Source: a virus (lineage: Duplodnaviria > Caudoviricetes). From it: a stretch of DNA of 37,194 bases. A model generated the notes under the pieces. It saw nothing but the letters and a program-made list of their open reading frames with translations. It had not been told where the DNA came from and did no database searches. The stretch is from the IMG/VR virus record IMGVR_UViG_3300022876_000178, positions 1-37,194 of that record; one strand, 5' to 3'. This document shows, piece by piece, positions 7,582-15,249 of the stretch. Made by a program: the position numbers and the translations under genes. How positions within the stretch are numbered: the stretch's first letter is position 1; every line of letters starts with the position of its first letter.

Positions 7582-7902
7582 ATGATGAAAATTGGAAGCG
7601 CAGAATGGTTTAAACAATTAAATGAAATGACGAAATTTCCTACGTATTTTGCTTTTTACCTTTTACAAAAGGACGATACGAAATCGATTGCTGTAAAAAT
7701 TGTTGAATCAAAGGCGAAAGATGCAGACGGCATTAAATACGGAGCATTAACACCTACACTAGCATTGCTTTTAACAGGAAGTAGTATCGCATTAATCGAT
7801 GTAAGTAACGTGAATGACGCAAATGAGTACCACAAGAAATTAATAACGTTGACCGACAAATGGGATATTGAAATCATCGACGAAAAAGATAAGTCAGCTT
7901 AA
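7582..7902 (+). CDS. Hypothetical protein
   Basis: 106-aa ORF with RBS, co-oriented in the early array. Confidence 0.75.
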   Translation: MMKIGSAEWFKQLNEMTKFPTYFAFYLLQKDDTKSIAVKIVESKAKDADGIKYGALTPTLALLLTGSSIALIDVSNVNDANEYHKKLITLTDKWDIEIIDEKDKSA

Positions 7903-7946
7903 CAAGTATTTGAAAGATTATGTTCAGTAGAGAGGGCGGAGATTAA

Positions 7947-8105
7947 ATGGGAAAAGAAGAGTTTGAAAAATTAATATCGGATTTAGATGATCGTGATGCT
8001 GCAAGAGTGCTTGCTTATCTTAGTGGTTATTATTCTAAAAATGAAGAATTTATGAGTGCTGTATTAAGTGCAATTGAGTCAATTAAAAAAACTAAGATTA
8101 ACTGA
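7947..8105 (+). CDS. Small hypothetical protein, 52 aa, not in the ORF track
   Basis: MGKEEFEKLISDLDDRDAARVLAYLSGYYSKNEEFMSAVLSAIESIKKTKIN; GGAG RBS. Confidence 0.65.
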   Translation: MGKEEFEKLISDLDDRDAARVLAYLSGYYSKNEEFMSAVLSAIESIKKTKIN

Positions 8106-8134
8106 ATACTTTGAGGAAAAGGAGCGAAAGAATT

Positions 8135-8326
8135 ATGAGTAATCAAACTTTATGTTGTGATTATTGCGAGAGTACACATTTTGAAATTCATATTCTTGAA
8201 AAGCCTAAACGATTCGCTTTGAATGCAAAAGTCCATGACTTAACACAAGTCAATTCGGATGGACGAGAAGTAGACAATATTTGCTTAGAATGTTTGAAAG
8301 AGCAAATCGAAAATTACGTTATCTAA
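8135..8326 (+). CDS. Small CxxC...CxxC zinc-binding protein
   Basis: CDYC...CLEC; AAGGAG RBS before ATG 8135. Confidence 0.7.
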   Translation: MSNQTLCCDYCESTHFEIHILEKPKRFALNAKVHDLTQVNSDGREVDNICLECLKEQIENYVI

Positions 8327-8437
8327 TTACACAATGTGAGGAAATCATTATTTTGATTGAGAAGTATTAGAATGAAAAATATTGCTGGTGTGGTAAAATA
8401 AATGTATATTGGATAATTTTGTGAAGGAGTATTTATA

Positions 8438-9220
8438 ATGCACGCTACAATTGTTCAAAATGCTTATAGACAAAACGAAGTTCAAGACATTGTTAGATAC
8501 TTGGAGGAATTATGTTCACCTAATGATTCATTTGGATGGGCATCGGCTGGTATTTATTCATTTTGGAATTATGAAACCAGAGAGGTGTTATATATTGGTT
8601 TAGCTGTAGATTTAGCTGATAGATTTAAGCAACATAATGGATTAAAAACCATGGATGCAAATGGTTGTAAATTTGAGAAAATTCAAGAATACTTTACTGT
8701 TAATGAAAAACTTGGATACAGTGTTTTTCTTCAATCATCAAATAGTCAACCTGTAACTCGAAAAAATATTAGTACATGGTTCAAACACGATTTATCAAAA
8801 AATATTAAGGATTTTGCAGATGAACAACCAAAGAGAGACCTTCGTCAAATTGAAGGTATATTGATTGAAGCGTTTAGAATGAAACATGGAAGACTACCAT
8901 TATGGAATAACATGGGTGGTAGTTTGATAGGACAAAGAAATGCAACAGAAGGGAATTATGATATTGTCTTTGATTTTTCTCATCAAAGAAATTCACCACT
9001 TGTTTCTCGTTCAACATTAAAAGAGCTATGTGAAAACGATATGTATGAATTATATGAAAGTGGTTTTTTGCATGGTGTAAGGCAATTAATGTTATATGTT
9101 GGAGTAGGTACTGGAATGACTTTTGATGAAGCATTAAAGTATAGTAGAAAATATGACACTCTAAATATTTATGAAGAAATTATGAAAGAAAATTATTTAC
9201 AAAAAGAATTAATATATTAA
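8438..9220 (+). CDS. GIY-YIG nuclease family protein
   Basis: AGIYSFWNYETREVLYIGLAVDLADRFKQH; later IEGILIE and LWN; AAGGAG RBS. Confidence 0.88.
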   Translation: MHATIVQNAYRQNEVQDIVRYLEELCSPNDSFGWASAGIYSFWNYETREVLYIGLAVDLADRFKQHNGLKTMDANGCKFEKIQEYFTVNEKLGYSVFLQSSNSQPVTRKNISTWFKHDLSKNIKDFADEQPKRDLRQIEGILIEAFRMKHGRLPLWNNMGGSLIGQRNATEGNYDIVFDFSHQRNSPLVSRSTLKELCENDMYELYESGFLHGVRQLMLYVGVGTGMTFDEALKYSRKYDTLNIYEEIMKENYLQKELIY

Positions 9221-9260
9221 TAGTTTTGATAAAAAAATATAACCTTTACGGAAATTACCG

Positions 9261-9310
9261 GAGGCACTAACAAGCAGGGAAAGACCTGTTTTGTTGGTGC
9301 CTCTTTTTTT
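9261..9310 (+). terminator. Long intrinsic terminator closing the early array
   Basis: GAGGCACTAAC...GTTGGTGCCTC followed by T7. Confidence 0.85.
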
Positions 9311-9324
9311 ATTTTATTAAAGGG

Positions 9325-9510
9325 GTGGAGAATATGAGAACGATACAAACTGAGTTGGTACAAAAGGGGTTAAGCAAAGAAGTTAAAGGGCAAGCGTCAA
9401 AAGGACGCCAACCTAAAAAGAAAATGAGTCAAAGAGAAATCGAAGAGTTAATGGGAGTTAGACGCAGCACATATAAACGAGTAAATGGAGCATTTAGACA
9501 GAAAGGGTGA
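9325..9510 (+). CDS. Small basic phage protein
   Basis: MSQREIEELMGVRRSTYKRVNGAFRQ tail, of a type I recall from Bacillus phages. Confidence 0.75.
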   Translation: MENMRTIQTELVQKGLSKEVKGQASKGRQPKKKMSQREIEELMGVRRSTYKRVNGAFRQKG

Positions 9511-9515
9511 AATAA

Positions 9516-10070
9516 ATGAACATCGTACAGCCAATACGTGATCCAGAAAAGGTAAATGCAATGCTTAATTACTTAAAAGGTACGAATGAACGAGATTATA
9601 TGTTGTTTTACATTGGAATATCTGCAGGTCTACGTATTTCTGACATGCTTCAACTACAAAAAGAAGATGTTCAATATACTCATGTAGATATAGTTGAGAA
9701 AAAAACTAATAAACGGAAACGATTTAAGTTTCCTCCATATATAAGAAAAGAAGTTCAGAGATATATTCAAGAATTAAAAGAAGGGGAGTATTTATTCAAA
9801 AGTCGGCAAGGAGGCAACAGGCCAATTGATAGATCAACAGCTTACCGTATTTTACGTAAAGCAGCAGAGGTTTGTGGAATCCGTGAAATTGGAACGCATA
9901 CATTACGAAAAACATTTGGGTACCATTTCTATTTAGATTCTAAGGACGTAGCGACATTACAAAATTTATTCAATCATTCAACACCAGAAACAACATTGAT
10001 ATATATAGGCATCAACCAAGATGCTTTAGATAAAGCGATGGATAAATTTAAACCAAGTTGGCTGAAATAG
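9516..10070 (+). CDS. Minimal tyrosine recombinase (catalytic domain only, 184 aa)
   Basis: GLRISD, KKT, HTLRKTF, FNHS and YIG give a complete R-K-HxxR-H-Y catalytic set. Confidence 0.93.
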   Translation: MNIVQPIRDPEKVNAMLNYLKGTNERDYMLFYIGISAGLRISDMLQLQKEDVQYTHVDIVEKKTNKRKRFKFPPYIRKEVQRYIQELKEGEYLFKSRQGGNRPIDRSTAYRILRKAAEVCGIREIGTHTLRKTFGYHFYLDSKDVATLQNLFNHSTPETTLIYIGINQDALDKAMDKFKPSWLK

Positions 10071-10096
10071 CTAACTAATTTTCTTTTTATCTATAC

Positions 10097-10210
10097 AGTA
10101 CAACATAAAAAAGTAAAGCGTTCACTCATTTTAAGAAGTGGATTAAAGCATTGATAATAAAGGGTTTGCGCTATAAGGCGAGTGCAACAGTCTATGTTTT
10201 GAAGTGCAGT
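10097..10210. other. Putative cognate recombination locus with two 30-bp subsites
   Basis: AGTACAACA-N14-GTTCACT (10097-10126) and AGTGCAACA-N14-GTGCAGT (10181-10210), directly after the recombinase gene. Confidence 0.5.
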
Positions 10211-10230
10211 AAGGAGGGGCAGAAGAGAGT

Positions 10231-10521
10231 ATGACCGTAGATGAAGCAAAAGAGCAAATAAAAAAGTTAGAGGATTACATCAAGTTGGTTGAGGGATATG
10301 TTCCAGAAACATTTGAGCAATATGCTATTAAGCTTTATGTCTTGTATGAAAATGTGGCAAGAGTAGCCAATTTGTTAAATGATTTAGGTTTTCGCATTGG
10401 CAGACGAAAAGTGATTGGAACAGACGTCTCGGACATACTACGTGCCAAACCAACAGATGAATTACATGAACTGGCAGTTAAGTTATTTAAACAAAACAAG
10501 AAGATGGTTAAGGGGCGATAA
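10231..10521 (+). CDS. Hypothetical protein, possibly recombinase-type DNA-binding HTH
   Basis: AAGGAGG RBS; VARVANLLNDLGFR...DVSDIL. Confidence 0.75.
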   Translation: MTVDEAKEQIKKLEDYIKLVEGYVPETFEQYAIKLYVLYENVARVANLLNDLGFRIGRRKVIGTDVSDILRAKPTDELHELAVKLFKQNKKMVKGR

Positions 10522-10522
10522 T

Positions 10523-10930
10523 ATGCTAATCATGGAGAGCTATGCGGATATATTAAAAGTAATCGAAATTATTAAGGCTGAGATTGAAGGTTTACAATTA
10601 GATTTAGATTATTGGTTAGGTAAGCATGATAAGCATTTAGTATTTAGTGAAGGTGCAAGGAAGTATGGGTTAGATGTAGCAACAAAGCGTGTAGACTTTC
10701 TCTATGAGCGTATGGAAAAGCTGGAAGGTCGGTTAAATGCATATCAAGAGATTGAAAAGGAGATTCGAGAGAATGTTGATAAGTTGGAGGGATTAGAATA
10801 TAAAGTAGCCAAACTACGTTTTATTGATGGCATGACATATCAAGAGATTGCAGATGAACTCGGATATTCACATGATCATATTCGTCGAGTAGCTTCTAAA
10901 AGTAATAAAAAAGATGCTGCATTTACTTGA
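10523..10930 (+). CDS. Late transcriptional activator (sigma-70 region 4 HTH; ArpU/RinA-like)
   Basis: VAKLRFIDGMTYQEIADELGYSHDHIRRV; last early gene before packaging. Confidence 0.85.
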   Translation: MLIMESYADILKVIEIIKAEIEGLQLDLDYWLGKHDKHLVFSEGARKYGLDVATKRVDFLYERMEKLEGRLNAYQEIEKEIRENVDKLEGLEYKVAKLRFIDGMTYQEIADELGYSHDHIRRVASKSNKKDAAFT

Positions 10931-10983
10931 ATGCCACAACCATGCCACATTATATATTGACAATATGAAGTACATTCATAAAT
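10931..10983 (+). promoter_or_regulatory. Probable late promoter with activator-binding direct repeat
   Basis: ATGCCACA at 10931 and 10942 (11-bp period), then TTGACA at 10957; -10 weak. Confidence 0.65.
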
Positions 10984-11117
10984 GAAGTAATAGAAAAGAA
11001 CAACCAAATTGAAATGAAGTGCACGGAAATGCACTAAACACAATTCGTTACAAAATAACGTGGTGTAAGCTCTACCACGAGTCGGAAAAGAGCACTCGAC
11101 AATTTACCACAATATTT

Positions 11118-11150
11118 AAGCTTTCATCTTAGGATGGAGGCTTTTTCTTT
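11118..11150 (+). terminator. Intrinsic terminator in the late leader
   Basis: AAGCTTTCATC-ttag-GATGGAGGCTT followed by a T-run. Confidence 0.75.
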
Positions 11151-11296
11151 TGCTTTGAAAACTGCATCAAACAGCCATACAAATAAAAAGGACTGGTTTA
11201 CGGGTGACCAAGTATATTAGGAATATTAGATACGGAGGAGCGCTGGCATGTACTAGTAACCGATAGGGCGGAGTTTGGTGTGGTTTTGATAGCAAA
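11149..11296 (+). ncRNA. Putative multi-stem structured RNA
   Basis: 15-bp closing stem 11158-11172/11273-11287 with three G:U pairs, plus internal hairpins. Confidence 0.5.
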
Positions 11297-11352
11297 AAGT
11301 TATTACATATATTTCATCTTCTGGTTTATGATTGGATTGGGAGGCGGTAATT

Positions 11353-12264
11353 ATGTCAAAAATCAAAATAGTAAAATACAATTTTTTCAGACCAACAATC
11401 AAAACAAATGAAGATGAGGCATTAATAGATCTATCTGGTGTTTTTGAACGTATCCGTAGGCAATATAGAGACGGTGTAGGAATGTATAAAATTATTTATG
11501 AATACAATGGAGAACCAGCTAGATTAGCAGATATCAATTTTGAAACAGAGACAGGTTTTTATCATCTGGTATTTGAACGTTTAAATTATCAAATACCAAG
11601 TCGAACTACTTTGCACGGAGAATCGCAATTAATTGAATTAGAAGATGATGAATATATTGGTATCGACGTTAATCTACTATACGATCCTACAAATCATATA
11701 TTAATGATTCAACGAAATCGAGATTCATTATCTACAACGGGAATTGAAAGTTTTATTAGTACTATTTTAAATAGAGATGTTGAAAATTTAGAAGGTATAT
11801 TTTGTTTAGCCATTGTATCAGATGAAAATATTAGAACTAGAGCTTTAAGACAATCAGCATATAGAAAATTACACTTTAAAGTGATTGGAACTAAAGCTGA
11901 TGATATTATATCGAGATTAACAAGAAATCAAGATGATTTAGGTATTGAAACAGTTGAAGTTATCTTAAGTTCTAAACCAAATAGAAGTTCAGAAATCGAT
12001 GGAACTTTTGCAAGACAATTATTACAAGAGTATAGTGAGGATCCTGAAGTTCAAAAATTGAGAGTGAGGGCAAGGAGCTCAGAAGAAAGTTCCATTGAAG
12101 CAATTGATTTGTTTGATTATAAAATTGAAGCTATATCTGAATTTGAATTTATAGAAAACCGATATTTGAATCCGATTTCTGTCTTTTATAAAATGCAGGA
12201 ATTATATTTAGATGAATATCAATCAATTATCAGGAGGGTGTGTGGAATGGTTGAAAACGTCTAA
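11353..12264 (+). CDS. Moron gene: soluble ~300-aa protein (DUF6731-like by recall)
   Basis: AT-rich non-structural ORF between late activator and terS; LLYDPTNHILMIQRNRDSLS motif. Confidence 0.75.
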   Translation: MSKIKIVKYNFFRPTIKTNEDEALIDLSGVFERIRRQYRDGVGMYKIIYEYNGEPARLADINFETETGFYHLVFERLNYQIPSRTTLHGESQLIELEDDEYIGIDVNLLYDPTNHILMIQRNRDSLSTTGIESFISTILNRDVENLEGIFCLAIVSDENIRTRALRQSAYRKLHFKVIGTKADDIISRLTRNQDDLGIETVEVILSSKPNRSSEIDGTFARQLLQEYSEDPEVQKLRVRARSSEESSIEAIDLFDYKIEAISEFEFIENRYLNPISVFYKMQELYLDEYQSIIRRVCGMVENV

Positions 12265-12739
12265 TGTTTTATTATTTGTATTTATAGGCGTTTCAGTTAT
12301 AATCTCATGTATCGTTTATTTTTATTGTCCATTTTATAAATTAACCGGATTTGATAAAGGATTAGAGGGCGTTTTATTATTTTCTAGTATTAGCTTAGGT
12401 TTTTATGGTGCATGCCTTAGTGTTATTGCATCAATATTTCATACAAAAATTGTTCAAACTATAATGAAGGAAAAAGATGAAAAAAAAGAATTTTCAATTG
12501 TTGTTTTTAGCACATTGATTACTGGTTTTATTACAGTATTTTCAACTATTTCTTACAGAGTTATTCTAGCAAGTAATGTTTTATTAGAACAACTGGATTT
12601 AGTAAATGCAATATGGATTTTCTTTGTCGTACTATTTGTTAGCATGAATGTATTGTTTATACTAATATCCTTTTTAATCTTTTTAAATAACAATGAAGGA
12701 AAAACGGAAAAAGTAATTGTGCCAACATTAAAAAATTGA
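12242..12739 (+). CDS. Moron gene: four-TM membrane protein
   Basis: Four hydrophobic segments; overlaps the upstream gene end; start at 12242 or 12251. Confidence 0.8.
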   Translation: MEWLKTSNVLLFVFIGVSVIISCIVYFYCPFYKLTGFDKGLEGVLLFSSISLGFYGACLSVIASIFHTKIVQTIMKEKDEKKEFSIVVFSTLITGFITVFSTISYRVILASNVLLEQLDLVNAIWIFFVVLFVSMNVLFILISFLIFLNNNEGKTEKVIVPTLKN

Positions 12740-12748
12740 TAGTAAGTG

Positions 12749-12787
12749 AAAGGGATATACTTAATAATTCTAAGTGTATCTCTTTTT
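12749..12787 (+). terminator. Intrinsic terminator after the moron
   Basis: AAGGGATATACTTA...TAAGTGTATCTCTT followed by a T-run. Confidence 0.75.
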
Positions 12788-12843
12788 GTTTGGCATAATT
12801 GAGTAATTACAAAACAAATGTTGGAGGTGGTGGTGTATGAGAT

Positions 12844-13803
12844 ATGGCTAGAGCAAGAGATCCAAATCGAGATAAAGCATTTGAAATTTATAAAGAACAT
12901 AACGGTAAAATTACAAACCGTGCAATAGCTGAAATGTTGAATGTTCCTGAAAAGACAATTGGCTCATGGAAGTCTAAAGCTAAGGATAATTGGAATGGAA
13001 AACTCAATGGAGTACTCCAATCAGACGAACGGAGTACTCCGATAAAAAAGCAACCGAAAAAAAGTAAAGAAAAAGTCGTTGAATCAGATGAAATTTCCAC
13101 TTTGGTAACAGAGGACGGATTAACTGATAAACAACGACTTTTTTGTATGTACTATGTTCGTTCACTGAATGCTACAAGTGCATATAAAAAAGTGTATGAT
13201 TGCAGCTATCAAACAGCGATGGCGAACGGAAGTAGATTGCTAAGTAATGCTAAGGTGAAAGAGACCGTTGCAGAATTAAAAAGGCAAAGGCTTGAGAACT
13301 TGGATTTGGATAAATTCGATGTGCTAGAGAAATATAAAGCTATTGCTTTTGCAGATATAACAGACTTCATAGACTTTACTCAAGTTGAGTCAGAATCCAC
13401 AGAAACAACATTAGAGTTTAACCCAGATGGTTCAAAGAAGTCAGAGAAAACAGAAATAGTACCATACACGTATACTAAATTCTCGATGCATCATTCAGAA
13501 GAGATTGACGGGACACTCATTACCGAACTATCAAAAGGAAAAGACGGTATGTTTAAGGTTAAACTCGCTGACAAGATGTCAGCACTGGCATTCTTAGCAA
13601 AATATACTGACTTACTTAATGAAAATGAGCGTAAGCAGCTACAGAATGAGCAATTGAAGTGTTCTAACGAAGCTAAACGCATCGAAATAGAACAATACAA
13701 AAAAGATAATGTTGTTGGTACAGAAGATAATAAATACTCCTATATGACACCAGAACAGCGTCGAGAAGCGATAGAACGATTGAAAGGAATGACGAAACAA
13801 TGA
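12844..13803 (+). CDS. terS: Terminase small subunit
   Basis: MARARDPNRDKAFEIY HTH; LTDKQRLFCMYYVRSLNATSAYKK...NGSRLL; VKLADKMSAL. Confidence 0.93.
   Translation: MARARDPNRDKAFEIYKEHNGKITNRAIAEMLNVPEKTIGSWKSKAKDNWNGKLNGVLQSDERSTPIKKQPKKSKEKVVESDEISTLVTEDGLTDKQRLFCMYYVRSLNATSAYKKVYDCSYQTAMANGSRLLSNAKVKETVAELKRQRLENLDLDKFDVLEKYKAIAFADITDFIDFTQVESESTETTLEFNPDGSKKSEKTEIVPYTYTKFSMHHSEEIDGTLITELSKGKDGMFKVKLADKMSALAFLAKYTDLLNENERKQLQNEQLKCSNEAKRIEIEQYKKDNVVGTEDNKYSYMTPEQRREAIERLKGMTKQ
13008..13041. repeat. Twin 12-bp palindromes in terS, candidate pac element
   Basis: TGGAGTACTCCA (13008) and CGGAGTACTCCG (13030), 22 bp apart. Confidence 0.55.
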
Positions 13804-15230
13804 ATGCTGAACAAGCTGAAATCGAACTACTCGATGCACTCATTGAAGAGCGTAAATACCTTTCTCGACAATCGTTTTGGGAGTATTGCAAGACAAGAGC
13901 ACCTGATTTCTACATTGATGGACGCACTCACCTAGAAAAGATTTGTGAGACGCTCCAAGCATTGTATGAAGGGCGTTTGCTAAATGAAGATGGTGTCCCA
14001 TATGAAAATATGATTATGAACATACCTCCACGTCATGGTAAGTCACGTACATTAATTCATTTTTGTGAGTGGGTGCTAGGAGATAGACAGGAAAACCGTA
14101 TTATCACAGCGTCATATAACGAAGATTTAGCAACTGTTTTCAGTCGTTATACTCGTGACGGAATCAGTGAAGAGAAAGTATATCCTCATGAAATTGTCTA
14201 TAGCGATATCTTTCCAGGAGTAAAGGTAAAAAAGGGCGATTCATCATACCGTCAGTGGGCATTAGAAGGACAGCATTTCAATTATAAAGGCGCAGGTCTT
14301 GGTGGTTCCATTACTGGTAAGGGTGGTAATATCCTTATCGTTGATGACCCTATCAAGAATGCTGCCGAAGCTCAAAACGAAAATGCCTTAGACAAACAGT
14401 GGCAATGGTTCACTGATACATTCTTATCACGGCAAGAGCAAACGGATCGTTCCATTAAAATCGTTAATATGACGAGATGGAGTAAAAAAGATATTTGTGG
14501 TCGTATCCTTGATGGGAAACGTGCTAGTGAATGGTATGTACTGATGATGCCAGCTATGGATGATGAAGGTAATATGTTATGTCCAGAACTATTGAATAGA
14601 AAAAACTTTGATGCCTTGGCCGATTTTATGGACGAGGCTATTTTAAATGCTAACTATTATCAACAACCACTAGATTTAAAAGGCCGATTATACAAAGCAT
14701 TTAAAACGTATGATGGAGATTTACCAACATTCAAAGTTATTCAGAACTACACTGATACAGCAGATGAAGGTGATGATTACCTATGTAGTATCGTATACGG
14801 TGTTACTTTTGATAATGAAGCCTATATTCTTGATGTGTTGTATACGAAAGCACCGATGGAAGAAACAGAGCCAGCTACAGCTAAAATACTATATGACAAC
14901 AAAGTAAACCATGCTTACATCGAATCAAACGGTGGTGGGCGTGGTTTTGCTCGTTCTGTAGAGAAAATACTGATGGAAAAATACAGTAGTAACTACACTT
15001 ATATTGAACCATTCCATCAATCCAACAATAAAATTGCTCGTATATTATCGAACTCTACATGGGTGATGAATCATATTTACTTCCCGATCAATTGGAAAGA
15101 TAAATGGCCCGATTACTATAAAGCGATGACAGAGTATCAGCGTGAAGGTAAAAATGCTCATGATGATGCACCAGATGCTACTACTGGCGTTGCGGAATTT
15201 GTGGGTAGTGGAAGTCCTTATGATTTTTAA
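13800..15230 (+). CDS. terL: Terminase large subunit
   Basis: Walker A IPPRHGKS, Walker B ILIVDDP, nuclease YTDTA and HDDAPDA. Confidence 0.96.
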   Translation: MNAEQAEIELLDALIEERKYLSRQSFWEYCKTRAPDFYIDGRTHLEKICETLQALYEGRLLNEDGVPYENMIMNIPPRHGKSRTLIHFCEWVLGDRQENRIITASYNEDLATVFSRYTRDGISEEKVYPHEIVYSDIFPGVKVKKGDSSYRQWALEGQHFNYKGAGLGGSITGKGGNILIVDDPIKNAAEAQNENALDKQWQWFTDTFLSRQEQTDRSIKIVNMTRWSKKDICGRILDGKRASEWYVLMMPAMDDEGNMLCPELLNRKNFDALADFMDEAILNANYYQQPLDLKGRLYKAFKTYDGDLPTFKVIQNYTDTADEGDDYLCSIVYGVTFDNEAYILDVLYTKAPMEETEPATAKILYDNKVNHAYIESNGGGRGFARSVEKILMEKYSSNYTYIEPFHQSNNKIARILSNSTWVMNHIYFPINWKDKWPDYYKAMTEYQREGKNAHDDAPDATTGVAEFVGSGSPYDF

Positions 15231-15249
15231 ATAAAGTGAGGTGAATAGA

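Noticed and set aside
7908-8346. Chromosomal dif sites
   Set aside because: The arms resemble Xer arms, but the 11-6-11 dif architecture is absent.
9516-10070. Recombinase as the prophage integrase
   Set aside because: It is only 184 aa, lacks N-terminal domains and lies mid-genome.
11059-11110. Twister, pistol or hammerhead ribozyme
   Set aside because: The topology is loosely twister-like (P1-UAA-P2), but the conserved catalytic nucleotides of all three classes are missing.
10931-11330. tRNA genes in the late leader
   Set aside because: No cloverleaf with a T-loop GTTCRA was found.
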